From Camelus ferus (Eukaryota): a stretch of DNA of 64,000 bases. Shown here in pieces: positions 50,888-62,513 of the stretch. Within the stretch, counting starts at the first letter, position 1. Every line of letters starts with the position of its first letter. The notes under the pieces were generated by a model. That model searched no databases. It was not told where the DNA came from and was given only the letters and a program-made list of their open reading frames with translations. Location: assembly GCF_009834535.1 (NCBI RefSeq), contig NC_045697.1, forward strand, positions 116,252,001-116,316,000, written 5' to 3'. The translations under genes and the position numbers were made by a program.

Positions 50888-51602
50888 TTTTTGTTTGTTT
50901 GTTTTTTATTGACGTGTAATTGATTTACAATGTTAGTTTCAGGTGTACAGCAAAGTGATTCAATTATACATATACATCCATATATATATTTTTCTGATTC
51001 TTTCCCATTATATGTTATTATAAGATATTGAATATAGTTCCCTGTGCTATACAGTAGGTCCTTGTTGTTTATCTATTCTATATACAGTAATGTGTATCTG
51101 TTAATCCTCAACTCCTAATTTGTCACTCCCTTACCCCTTCCCCTTTGGTAAACATAGCTTGTTTTCTATGTCTGAGTCCATTTGGGGTTTGTAAATAAGA
51201 TTTTTTTTTTTAGGTTCCACATATAAGCAACATCAGATGGTATTTGTCTTTCTCTGTCTCACTTACTTCACTTAGTATAATATCTCTGGGTCATCCATGC
51301 TGCTGCAAGTGGCATTATTTTATTCTATTTTGTGGCTGAGCAGTGTTCCATTGTATAAATATACCACAGCTACTTTATCCAGTCATCTGTTGCAGGACAT
51401 TTAGGTTGTTTCCATGTCCTGACTATCGTAAACAGTGCTGCTATGAACACCGGGGTGCATGTGTGTTTTCAAATTAGAGTTTTCTCCAAATATGTGCTAG
51501 CGGAATTGCTGGATCATATGGTAAGTCTATTTTTAGTTTTTTAAGGAACCTCCATACTGTCCTCCATAGTGGCTGCACGAATTCCTGCAGGAATTTACAT
51601 TC
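50888..51602 (-). mobile_element. 5'-truncated L1
   Basis: Reverse of the same L1 3' end; CTGAGGGG on both flanks. Confidence 0.93.
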
Positions 51603-52194
51603 CTGAGGGAAATTTTTTGGCAAGGCACAATTAAAATAATGTCCATGTTACTTGATGTGTTAGCAAAAAATTACCTTCTATGTTTATCTACCGAGGAGTA
51701 GGTAGATAAAGGAGGCTCCTTTAAGTCTAGGAGTCCAAAGTAACGTTTACCTCAATGCCCCCTTCCTAGCAAGATTTCTCCAATATTAAATTTGCTTTTG
51801 TTTCTTTGGTAACAGCTAAAATACCAGGGCAGTAATGCAGTGTATATTTGGGATCTACAGGACATCTGTGGAAGTCGAACCCTATTTTCCAGGCAGACAC
51901 AAAATTCATGTGGCTTTTAACTCATTTTTAAGTAGATCCCGACCTAATATAAAAAATTGAGACCAGGTGGCCAATATTTCCAAAGAATCATAAAAATTCA
52001 GAACATTCTAAAGAATAAATATCTTCAAGAAAAGTTGACTGAACATCCTAAGTTGGGATCAAACTTGTGACTTTTTAAAATCACTTGGTCTGTATCCCAT
52101 ATTCTTTAAACAGTCTCTGTGAATCTTGATATTTATGTATACATTTCACGCTTTCTTACATCTTCTCAACAATTTTCAGAGCTATTTGTTGCAT

Positions 52195-52362
52195 GGGCTG
52201 GGGGAGCTCAGTGGTAGAGCAGATGCTTAGCATGCACGAGGTCCTGGGTTCAATCCCCAGTCCCTCCATTAAAATTTTTTTTTAAATAAATAAAACCTGA
52301 TTATCCCCCCAAATAAATAAATAAAAAATAAAACTCATCTCAAAAAAGAATACCCCCCCCCA
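52195..52362 (+). mobile_element. tRNA-Ala-derived SINE
   Basis: AGCTCAGTGGTAGAGC...GGGTTCAATCCCCAGT head and A-rich tail. Degenerate AATTTT..AGCTA.TT flanking duplication. Confidence 0.88.
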
Positions 52363-52879
52363 CAGAATTTTTAAAGCTACTTACTTCAGAGCTTTCAGGA
52401 AATCAGTAAAGATGTCTGAGACTTTTGTGTGTAATGAACGAACATAAAAACAAAAAGCTTAACTGGTCCAGCTGTGCCTTCTTGTTTTTTTTAAATTAAA
52501 AAAAAAGCTAATCTATGTTAGATGTGAAATCCATTGAGTTGTGACATATCAATGTTCCTCTTTCTTGACAGTGATTTTTTTCAGAACTCCCTCTCATTTA
52601 AAAGAAATTTACAATAGTCAGAAGACTCTTGTATTTTCTTTCTGTGAAAATCAGTGATAGGTTTTTTATAAGTATAATGAATGTTTGCGATAAATCTTTG
52701 ACATCTGCATTTTAAGTAATTCCTAAAAGCTTATGTTTTATACTTTGATGTTGAATGATTTCTTGAATTCTGATAAATTATCTGTTTTTGAAAATAACGA
52801 TTAGTTATCTTTGCAGACAAACTTCTTTGACCATACCTTCACAAGCAAACCGTAGGCATTTTCAGTGAAGGTCCTTTCG

Positions 52880-53330
52880 CAGGTTGAACGTGGGGGGAGT
52901 TTTAGGGGGCGGCCCCTCCCATTCCCACGTGCACGTGGCTCGGCACCAACAGAAGTGCCTGCAGGAGGGAAGCAGGCTCTGAGCTCTGTGAGACCACAAA
53001 ACAAAGCCCAAGGCTGTGGGTCTCCTCTGGGACCCTTTCCAGGGATGAGCAGCGTGGGAAGCTCGCGCTGGGACCGCACACGACAGGCGACCGCGCTACG
53101 CTTGCAGACCGGACCGCAGCTGGCCGCGCGCACACCTGGAGAGCACGACGCCCGTCTGAAACAGAGGCGGGTCTGTTCCCCGCCACCACGCCCTGGTGGA
53201 GGTAAGAGGATGTCCCAGGGTGCCTGAGCTAGCTCAGGGGCCCCAGAGAAGGCAAAGCAGTTCCTCTGCGGACCACAGACATCGCTGCCAGGAGCAAGCA
53301 CCCCTGCACGCCAGCAGGTAAGCGTCATCT
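52880..53330. promoter_or_regulatory. Orphan CpG-rich patch with double E-box and plus-strand splice donors
   Basis: CpG enrichment. CCACGTGCACGTGG at 52925-52938. Donor-like GAG|GTAAGA (GT at 53202) and CAG|GTAAGC (GT at 53318). Confidence 0.5.
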
Positions 53331-54383
53331 TTCCCACATGCTGGGAGTTGGAGCCCTTGTCAGTTTTCTTCTTTGTCCGTTTGTCTATTAAGTGCTACCA
53401 TATCATGGTTCTCACGTGTGACCCCCCCCCCCCCCCACTTCTTGTACGTTTGAACTTACTTCAGATCGTGCAGAATCTCAAGAAACGGAGGACAAAAATC
53501 ACGGAACATCCCGCAGCAGGGCAGACACACTGTGGCTTCCACGGGGGCTCCAGCCTGGTTTTTAACTGCAGGGCTTGTCTGGTGGGTGCAGGGACTCTCG
53601 CTCACGGGGAGTTTTAGTTATCAAGGAGCATCTTGGTATTTTTCAGATTACCGAGAGTCTGTTGTAACCTGACTCAGAGACATGACAGATAAAGAGACCA
53701 AGACAGAGCGCTGTCCCAGGCGGCGATTTCTAGGAGTGGATGATAAGCACCGGCAGATAAAAATGCAATCAATCAAGCCCTGGAACCTAGCAGGAATGAG
53801 AAGAATGTTTCTTCAATTTTAAAGTCAAGTGTGAATTTTGCTCTTAACAAAAATCAGAGAAAATCAGAGGGGATTTTAAAAATACACAATTAAGGAAGAA
53901 AAGTATTACTTCTATAGATGAGTAAATGCTCTTAGACAAAAATAAATGTATGTATGTATCTATATATTTGGGGGAGGGGCGTTTCCTTTCCTGTTAGGAT
54001 TGGGTAACTTGTAGAGTAAATTTACTTAGGAGTTGATTATTTAGTTTGTCAACAATAACAACCTATTTTTATAGCTTTTTAAACAAAAACTTTAAAATAT
54101 AGAAGAATTGACGTTTGCTTTAGAAAAACATGAATAATATTTTTAGCTTTTCTAAAGGCTGGGTTCCAGAATACTAGTGGTTTAACAGAACTGATAGGAT
54201 CCTGGTCATGAAATAGGAATGCACCAAAAGGCTCCAGAAAATACAGGAATTAAAGAGCAAGACAACCAAATATCAGAGTCTGGGTAACTTCCAACCCTCC
54301 ACCCACACCCCCTCACCCACCCCACTTCTTTAAGTGATGAATCAGTCACCCAGCCCTGATGAATGGCACAAGAGTTGGTATTG

Positions 54384-54461
54384 TTTATTTATTTTTTAAT
54401 TGAAGTAAGTCGGTTTACAATGTGTTAGTTTCTGGTGTATAGCATAGTGGTTCAGTTACAC

Positions 54462-54502
<41 letters not shown>

Positions 54503-54942
54503 CTTTTCACATTCTTTACCAATATAGGTTACTACAAGATATTGAATGTAGTTCCTTGTGCTGTACAGTAGGACCTTGTTGTTTATCTATTTTGTATATA
54601 GTAGTTTGTATCTGCTAATCCCAAATTCCCAATTTATCCCTTCTCACTCCCTTTCCCCTTTGGTAACTGTAAGTTTATTTTCTATGTTTGTAGGTCTGTT
54701 TCTGTTTTGTAAATAAGTTCATCTGTGTTTTTTTTTTTTTTTTTTTTTAGATTCCACATATAAGTGATATCATATGATACTTATCTTTCTCTGTCTGACT
54801 AACTTTACTTAGTGTGATCATCTCCAGGTCCATCCATGTTGCTGCAAATGGCATTATGTTATTCTTTTTTATGGCTGGGTAGTATTCCATTGTATAAATA
54901 GACCACAACTTCTTTATCCAGTCATCTGTCAATGGACATTTA
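54384..54942 (-). mobile_element. 5'-truncated L1 with 14 bp TSD and internal (TA)n
   Basis: [53 protein letters not shown] (54370-54383) and AAGAGTTGGTTTTG (54945-54958). Confidence 0.95.
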
Positions 54943-55067
54943 GAAAGAGTTGGTTTTGATGTTTAAGAGCTGAAGTAGCTCTACAAAAAACTGAAAGTTC
55001 CATAGCGAACATCTCTGCTCTTAAAATCCCCACCACCACCACCACTGCGGATTTTTCCCTGACTGTC

Positions 55068-55170
55068 TGTGACAGACAGCTTCTAAATGGCCCCAGTGAT
55101 TCCTACCCCCGGCAGTCGTGTCCTGTGGAATGCCCTACCCTTCAGCATGGTCTAGGTTTAGTGACTGTTC
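55068..55170 (+). mobile_element. MLT1-type LTR 5' fragment
   Basis: TGTGACAGACAGCTTCTAAATGGCCCCAGTGATTCC...TAGTGACT. Confidence 0.6.
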
Positions 55171-55181
55171 TCACTCAATGT

Positions 55182-55300
55182 GGGGAGGGTATAGCTCAGT
55201 GGTAAAGCATGTGCTTAGCATGCATTAGCATGCTTAGCATGCCTCCATTAAAAAAAAAGTAAAAGCCTAATTAATCCTTCAAAAAAATTAAAGAAAAACT
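55182..55300 (+). mobile_element. Rearranged tRNA-Ala-derived SINE (B box lost, TTAGCATGC triplicated)
   Basis: GGGGAGGGTATAGCTCAGTGG...TTAGCATGC-A-TTAGCATGC-TTAGCATGC-CTCCATTAAAA. Confidence 0.85.
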
Positions 55301-55345
55301 AATCCTAGTCATTGCATTTTCTTTTTAGAAATTTGTGAATTACTG

Positions 55346-55415
55346 TTTTTTTTTTTAACCGAGGGCCCCGTGCACAGTAGGCACGTGCTCTACCAGTGAG
55401 CTATACCCACCCCCC
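55346..55415 (-). mobile_element. Degenerate, short tRNA-derived SINE, tail-to-tail with the previous copy
   Basis: GCACGTGCTCTACCAGTGAGCTATACCC preceded by a T run. Confidence 0.75.
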
Positions 55416-56859
55416 TGTTCATAGCCATTTTAAATAACACTTTCAAATGTTACATTCGAGTTTAATAAAAAGATTAAGTTTAAAAATCTTAATAAAATAT
55501 ATAAGAAGGGAAGTTATTTTCCCATTGAAGTTTTGCTGAATGGTCTAAAAAGTGAATTTTTTCAAAGAAGTAGAGTTTTTTTTTTCTTGAGACTAAATGC
55601 CCATACTCTAAACCAGCATATAATCTATTTCAAGTGAAAGGTAACAGCTATTTTTAGATGGTTTATGGCTCCTTGAGGGTCACTCTCCACACATTTCAGT
55701 GCTCATTCTACATCACAGCCGATGATTGGCAAACACTGAGAAGTTATATGTTGTCTTTCAACATCGAAGGTCAGACACTGAGACCAATCCTGGGTTGTAG
55801 AGCTGCTGTAATTATGCCCAGTTTCAGGAAGCTGGATGAAAACAAATCAGTCAGCTTCAGACCTTGGTTCTAAAGTTTCCAGGAGGAACTTTAGAAGAAT
55901 CTGTGGAAGTACATATATCATTCCAGATGACATTTAATTGCTTTTCCCCCTAATAAGTGTAAATATTTATATTCCATTATGAAAATACACTTCCTCGGAA
56001 AGGTAAGGAGTGTTGGCTCCTGGCTGTGCTCTGGGGAGACATTCACCCTCTGCTGCTCTCCAGGTAACTCCCTGCTTCCAGGGTTTTCAAAGGGAGCTGG
56101 GAGTTTCTCAGGAAAAGAGCTCAAAGCAAGTCAGGTGAACTGGATAAGGGATACAAAAAAGGGAGCTGGCTGGAGAGAGGATGTGGATAGAGAAAACTCC
56201 GCAGGTGGATTTTTCCAGGCAGGAGGAAGACTTTAGCGGAGCAAAGAATAAAGGTGGCAGGCGCAGTGCCCTGGATCCAACAAATGACTGGAGGGTTGGT
56301 GTAGAGGAGTTTCCAAATCACAGGTGCTGCCCCTGCCCCCACCCAGTAGGCTGCTCGATAAACAATCAGAAGAGCTATCACTCCAGCTATGCCCACTGGT
56401 CTGTCTGCTGTGCATGGTTCTGTGGGCTGTTCCTCCCCTCTGAGCCTTTCACTAAAGCCTTCCTCTTTGTCCCAAATGCCCTCTCTGCCCACCCCACCCC
56501 ACAGCCCCCATTCCTTCCTAGATCCTCGTCATTCTTGGAGACACAGATCGGATGTGGCCTCCTCCCTGTCCCCGTGTCTGTGAGCGCAAACTAGGTATGA
56601 AATGTGTTCTGGGAACCATTACTGCCCTTCCTGCACTTTACTGTAATTCTCTGTGTGTCTGTTGTCCTTCTTTAGAATATCAGCTCCTTCTTGGAAAAGG
56701 GGGAAAAGCTCAATGCCTGGTAGTAAAATACACAAGAGCTGTGACCAGAAGCGTCATGGAAAATCACGCCAGTAGCTACACGACATAGGGAAAGCTGTTC
56801 CATCTTGCTGATAGAAGAGGCATGTCCATGACTGTGTGACCATTTCTTACTTGTCAGAA

Positions 56860-57150
56860 GTCCAGAAGTGTGATGACACACTCTGTGGGTGAGATTGTGT
56901 AGATACAGGCATTCTCGGACATTGCTGGTTGGAATACAAAATGGTACAACCCTTATGGGGGGACATTTGGCAATATCAAGCTAATGTATACATGCTTTTA
57001 CCTTCTGCTCTGGGAAGCACACTTCTAGGAATCTATCCCAAAGATGTACTGCAAAATGTACGAGAAAATGTATACTTTGTAGCACTTTTTATAAGAGCAA
57101 AAAGTTGGAAACAGTCCATATAACATTAATAGAGGACTAGTTGGATAAAG
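56860..57150 (+). mobile_element. Ancient L1M(E) ORF2-end fragment
   Basis: ATTGCTGGTTGGAATACAAAATGGTACAACC...CACTTCTAGGAATCTATCC; translation ...FVALFIRAKSWKQ. Confidence 0.75.
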
Positions 57151-57874
57151 GCAAGGTGGATAAACATAAATTAAATTTGCTAGCCTTTTTCTGAGAAAGA
57201 GGATATGATTATAAATATATGGTTCCCTTTTAGATTTTATAAGTTTTCCTATAATGATAGAGAAATTACAAGATGGAGATGATAAAGATAAAGCTAGACT
57301 TCTCTAAATATCCCTTATTTTAAGCATTTTATTTTGGAACGATGTAAATATTTTACTGAATTAGAAAATAATTTTTTAAATCCCTAGGGGGGAAAAAAAG
57401 AAACAAAACAAAATAAATGAACCTAAATCCTTATTGAGTTGGTGGAATAATCTCACAGAGAAGAGCTAACTCTGATTTTCTCCTCTATTTTCCTTTCCCT
57501 CTGGCCTTTTGCCATCAAAATCTCTGACCCTAAACTCACAACAGAGTGAAAAGTTTATAACTGTCTCTAAGGCAAGGCGGAAGCCTATGTTTCCCACGAT
57601 GGGTTAATGGGAGGTCCATGGCCAAAAGCCAAGATCTCCTTTATTTTCTGCTTGTTTTACTAAAGAATTACTTTTCTTCACTCGGGTTCCTCCTTCTTTT
57701 CTCTCTCAGCATCACGAAAACCACAGTGAGAAACCCAGTCAAGCTCCTGTCTTCACCTAAGAGGTTTCAAACTTGGCTGACTTGGAAAGTGGTGGTTCCA
57801 AAGACACAAATAGGGAATTTTCAGAGAGAAGCTTTCAGCCGGCATCAGAGAGCCCTCAACTGTAGTAATAATAT

Positions 57875-58403
57875 GAGGTAACCTGAGAAGGAGTAGAAAA
57901 GCTTCTGAAACTGCAGAGGACAGTAGAGAGGTGAAGAAGAATGCCATGCAGGGGCAAGGAATAGCGACTTTATTCCAAAAGCCAGCAGGCCAAGAAGATG
58001 GAGGACTAGTGTCCCAAAGAACTGTCTTCCCTGAGTCAGAATTCTGGCTTCCTTTATATTAAAAGGAGAGGAGGTGTGGTTGATGGTTGCAAATTTCTTG
58101 GTGCTGGAATCTTTTGTTCTTGCAGCTGTCCATGTGGGTCAGGTCAAGATGTTCCTATAGACCTCTGACAAGACAAATATTATCCTCTGTTCTGCAACAT
58201 TTTATCTCTACGTGAATGGAAAAGTGTTGCACCCTTAAAGGTCAGAGCCTTGAGGATGGGCTCTCCTGTACATTTCAGGCTCTAGGCAACATTCTTTTAC
58301 AAAAGTGCAGAACCAGCATGACTCAGCATGGGAAACAGAGCCCAGGGTTAGAGGTAATGGGAACAGATCTAACATGGAGTCAGGTTTGTTCTTCTCTGTT
58401 AAA
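57875..58403 (-). mobile_element. ERV1 solo LTR, probably MER41-like
   Basis: Minus strand begins ..AACAGAGAAGAACAAACCTGACTCCATGTTAGATCTG. TATAAA (58058-58053) and AATAAA (57974-57969) occur in LTR order. Family assignment from memory. Confidence 0.7.
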
Positions 58404-58904
58404 TGTCTATGCTGTCTGGTTGCCACAGGTCATGGTCTCCAGAAGTTGGGGGGTCAAGATGGTTATTTGGGGGTCTACACCTGTGAACAGAAAGAGGCTT
58501 ATGCAGGATTGGGTGGAGAAAGAATCAGAACTGTGATGAGGGCTCAACAAAGCCTTGGCTCAGTGAGTGAAAAATTGTCCTGCCTTTATCCCCCCACCTC
58601 ACTTAGTCTCCTGATGGCGCTGCTTGGAAAGGGCTTGATCTCAGACAGACAGGCAGCTCTCTGCAGCTAAAGCAGACCCCGAAGGAGGAGACAGCTGGAG
58701 GCTGCCTGCTAATGGTATTTCCTGTAGCGGGATGCAAGCCCTTCCTTGAGGAGGGACCTGAGGGGGGAGCACCCCTCTGCTGCTGTGCTAGCAAACCTCT
58801 CCAGGGTTAATAGAGGGTGTTTTTATTGTAATTTCTCTCAACAAACAAAACGCATTACGTTTCAGTAAAGGACCCTATATATTTAAGGTTGACTTAAAAA
58901 ATTA

Positions 58905-59285
58905 CTACAGAAACAATAAAAAGATTGTGGTTTCCAGGGGTCTGGGGAGAGGGAGGGAGGGATGAATAGATGGAGCACAGGGGATTTTTAGGACAATGAA
59001 ATTATTCTGTGTGATACTGTAGTGGTGGCTACATGTCATTATGCATTTGTCAAAGCCCATAGAATGTACAACAAGAGTGAACCCTAATGTAAACTATGGA
59101 CTTTGGCTGATAATAATGCGCCCATGTTGGTTCATCGATTGTACCAAATATGCCACCCTGATGAGGGATGCTCAGGGCAGGGGTGTATGTATGTGTGGGT
59201 GGGGAGGGCTATGTGGGAACTCTGTATTTTCTGCTCAATTCTGTTGTGAACCTGAAATTACTCTAAAAAAATAAAGTCTATTTAA
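58905..59285 (+). mobile_element. Ancient L1MC-type 3' end
   Basis: GGATGAATAGATGGAGCACAGGGGATTTTTAGG...CCCATAGAATGTACAACAAGAGTGAACCCTAATGTAAACTATGGACTTTGG. Confidence 0.85.
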
Positions 59286-60069
59286 AAGATTACTATTAGA
59301 ATTTATATTCCATGGATTATCAGGTAGTCAATAGTGTATTTCTGGGCAGGCTGAAATTAGCTGTTCGTTCATTCATCCCACAAACATTTCTTAAATATCT
59401 CTTGCATGGCTATCTCTGGAAACCGAAAGATGAATAAAGATGCTTTTCACATGAACAGGGAGTTGGACTCTAGCAGGGAGGCAGACAAAATAAGACACCA
59501 ATTTGTTTAGAAAGATAGAAGGTAAGGGGCAGGAAAGAGATGGTGCTCAGCTGGTTCACACAGGAACATTACTGGAAGAGCAAATTGAATGTGTAAAGGC
59601 ACAGAGGAACGAAAGAGCATCACACATCATGGGAACCACAGGCAGACAAGACCGAGGCATAGATTGTGTCTAAGGAAGTATTGAAATATGGGGCTGGGGT
59701 GGAATACATGTATGATGATCTTTTTCATTTATTAATATAATTTTTATTATATATATATATACATATAATTTATCTAGCTGGAGTTTCTCATATACCTTCA
59801 ACCGTGGTCTGTGTTTTTTGTTTGGTTGGTTCTCGCAGTCACACCCTTCTGCCGGACAATCTCTGGGAAATGTTGAAAGCCTGTGTTGCTGGCGGCTCCC
59901 AGGTCATCTGTGACAGAAGGCTGCTCTGCAGGTCTGTTCTTGACTTGATATTGACAGATAAGGACAAGCTATTATTGGATGCGTGTCCTGGGAATGCGGC
60001 AGCTCTGTGGCTCTGTTCCCGGAGGATGGAATGCTGAGCTGTGTTAGAAGGAACACCCTGCCTTCCTGT

Positions 60070-60425
60070 CATAAAGAGTCCTTAGCAACCGCCTAGTTCG
60101 GGTCACAGACAGGAGGGGAGAGACGGCAGAGTCGCTGGCTCGTCCTGAAGAAGCTGAGAGAGGAAGTCCTGCCGCCCAGTGAGGACCTCGGCCATGCCGG
60201 GCGCATCCTCTCGAGAGCCGGCGTCCGCCACGGTGGGGAAGCGGATGGTTTTCACAGGTAAAGGGCTTGTGTGCGTCTTTCACGAGGAGATCTAAACTTT
60301 CTTTCACACCCCTCACCTGTATGGGACGCACGTGATAAGGAACGTGAGCGTGATAACACACCTGTTTATTTTATACGACTCCGCTGCGCTTACGACGCGG
60401 TCTGGGTGTCGACACCGCGCTGCCC
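60070..60425. promoter_or_regulatory. Small CpG-rich promoter/first-exon region of SPMIP2 with an RFX X-box-like half-site
   Basis: Local CpG enrichment in an AT-rich background. GTCCTTAGCAAC at 60078-60089, ~105 bp upstream of the ATG. Confidence 0.65.
60194..60257 (+). CDS. SPMIP2: First coding exon of sperm microtubule inner protein 2 (C4orf45); 21 codons plus 1 nt, phase-1 donor; remaining exons not seen in window
   Basis: GCCATGC start, MPGASSREPASATVGKRMVFT(G), then CAG|GTAAAG donor at 60258. Resembles the recalled human C4orf45 N-terminus (MASVSYQKPTSTTVGKQMIFTG...). CpG-rich surroundings; synteny with RAPGEF2. Too short for the ORF track. Confidence 0.85.
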
Positions 60426-60734
60426 TAAAAGGATCTCTGACATCCTTGTTCTCACCCTATCTGAGCTAACTTCCACTCAGGAACGTTTTTATATCATAGA
60501 GGCTGTGTTTTGTGTAATGGGGGCAACTCTGATGTTAATACAAATCATCGTTTGGGTCAAATTTTAATTATTACTGATTTAAGTTTATTGTATCTTTATA
60601 AATTTGATGTATTTGGTGATAAAACTTTGAGCGGGGTGTGTAATGAGCTTTAGTGAAATTGTTGGCTGGCGTCTTGTTCCTTCAACTTGCTTTACATGAT
60701 TTGGGCGGGATGTATGTGTGGAATTATATGCATG

Positions 60735-60810
60735 GATAACCGAATCACTTTGCCATATATCTGAAACTAACACAACATTGTAAATCAACTAGACTTTGAT
60801 TAAAAAAAAT
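60735..60810 (+). mobile_element. L1 extreme 3' tail
   Basis: GAATCACTTTGCCATATATCTGAAACTAACACAACATTGTAAATCAACT followed by an A run. Confidence 0.85.
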
Positions 60811-61229
60811 AGTTAAATAAAATATGGCTAATCATGATGTCTGTAAGAAATAAATCAAGATTTATCTTATTTCCTTTGTATTTTAAAATCATAAGCGTAT
60901 TTTTAAGCATGCCCCTCACTTACCTGCAAATTCCCACCCCAATCATGAGCAGCTCAGATGCCACTATCTGCCACCCATTACTTTAAGGGTTAATTCCAGT
61001 GCATGTGCATATGAGTATCAGGATTGCTCACCGGTGCTCCATGGGAAAAGCTTACCAGCTAGAGCGTAGTGCTTCCTGGCCGTTCCTTTGGCCTTAGGCT
61101 TTTGGGCTCTGTCCGCTTCCAAAGTGACTTAGGTCAGGGACTTAGGTCCCCCACCCCCTTCAGTGTGGCTGTTTCATACATTTGTAACACAGTTAGATTT
61201 TCTTGTCACCCTCTGAATTCTGGCCTGGA

Positions 61230-62395
61230 GCCCCCCAAACTCCTAAATGATTTTTGAAAATTTTGCATACATCAGGGGTTGCTCTTTGTATTAAAAAGTC
61301 TGTAGGTTTCGAAAGCTTGGTGAGTGCATATATATCTACCATTACGGTATCGCACAGAATAGCTTCACCCCTCTACACATCCCTGTGCTTCACCTACGTC
61401 CCCCCAGCCCCACCGCCGCCCTTCTCTCCCTGGGCTCCTGGCCACACCCCCTCTGTGATTTTGCCTTTTCCTTAATGTCCGAGAGCTGGGATCACACAGC
61501 GTGCAGCCTTTTCAGACTGGCTGCGTTCACTTGTCAATATGCATTTAAGGTTCCTCCATGTCTTTTCATGGCTTGAGAGCTCATTTATTTTTATTCCTGG
61601 GTAACCTTCCATCGTATGGTTGGTTGTGCCACGATTTGTCTATCCACTCACCTGTTGACATCTTGGTGTTTTGCAGTTTTGGGCAATTCTGCAAAAAACT
61701 TCTATAAAGCTTTTATGTGGATATGATTTCATATCAACTTGGTAAGCTAGCAATGGGATTGCTGGTTCACGTGGTAAGTCTCTATTTAGCTTTCTGAGAA
61801 ACTGCCAAATTGTCTTCCAAAGCAGCTGTATCATTTTTTATTCCCATCAGCAGTGAGGATACCTGTTGCTCTGCATCCTTGTCAGTGTCTGGTATTGTTT
61901 GTGGTTTGACCTTTAGCCATCCCAACTGTCTGTAGTTACATCTCATTGTTTTAATGCATTACTCCCTACTGTCCAGTGACCATATACTTAATTGCCATCT
62001 GTATATGTTCTTTGATGAGATGTCTGTTCATAACGTTTGCCTGTTTTATTTATTTATTTGGGTTTTTTTTTTTGGTTGTTGTTTTCTTGTTGTTGGGTTT
62101 TAACAGTTCTGTATAAATTTTAGATACAAGTCCTTTATCAGATCAGTGTGTTGCAAATATTTTCTCCTGGTTTGCCCTTGTCTCTTTGTTTTCTTAGCAT
62201 TGTCTTTCCTAGAACAGAAGTTTTCGTTTAAATGGAGCACAACTCATCAATTCTTTTTTGTTTTATGGATCATGCTTTTGTTGCTATATCTTAGGATTCA
62301 TCACTAAACCCAAGGTCATCTAGATTTTCTCTTTGTCTTCTTCTGAAAGTTTTACCATTTTGTGTTTTCATTTAGATCTGTGATCCATTTCAGTG
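61230..62395 (-). mobile_element. Ancient L1M fragment
   Basis: MIQLLWKTIWQFLRKLNRDLPREPAIPLL (ORF2 C-terminus) with flanking L1 3' UTR motifs. Confidence 0.85.
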
Positions 62396-62419
62396 TGACT
62401 TGTGTGTCTCTTAAACTTT

Positions 62420-62513
62420 TCATTTCCACCAGCCAGTGGATTTCCTCTTTGCCTTAAGCCAGTTTGGGTTGGCTTTTCTGTCACTTGTAGCTGTGAAAGA
62501 ATCTTAATTGATA
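62420..62513 (+). mobile_element. MLT1-type LTR 3' fragment
   Basis: CTTAAGCCAGTTTGGGTTGGCTTTTCTGTCACTTGTAGC...CTTAATTGATAC. Confidence 0.65.

Noticed and set aside
51578..51590. CGAATTCCTGCAG resembling a cloning polylinker (EcoRI-PstI)
   Set aside because: Only 13 nt, with no further vector sequence and L1 sequence on both sides; chance or fold-back origin is more likely.
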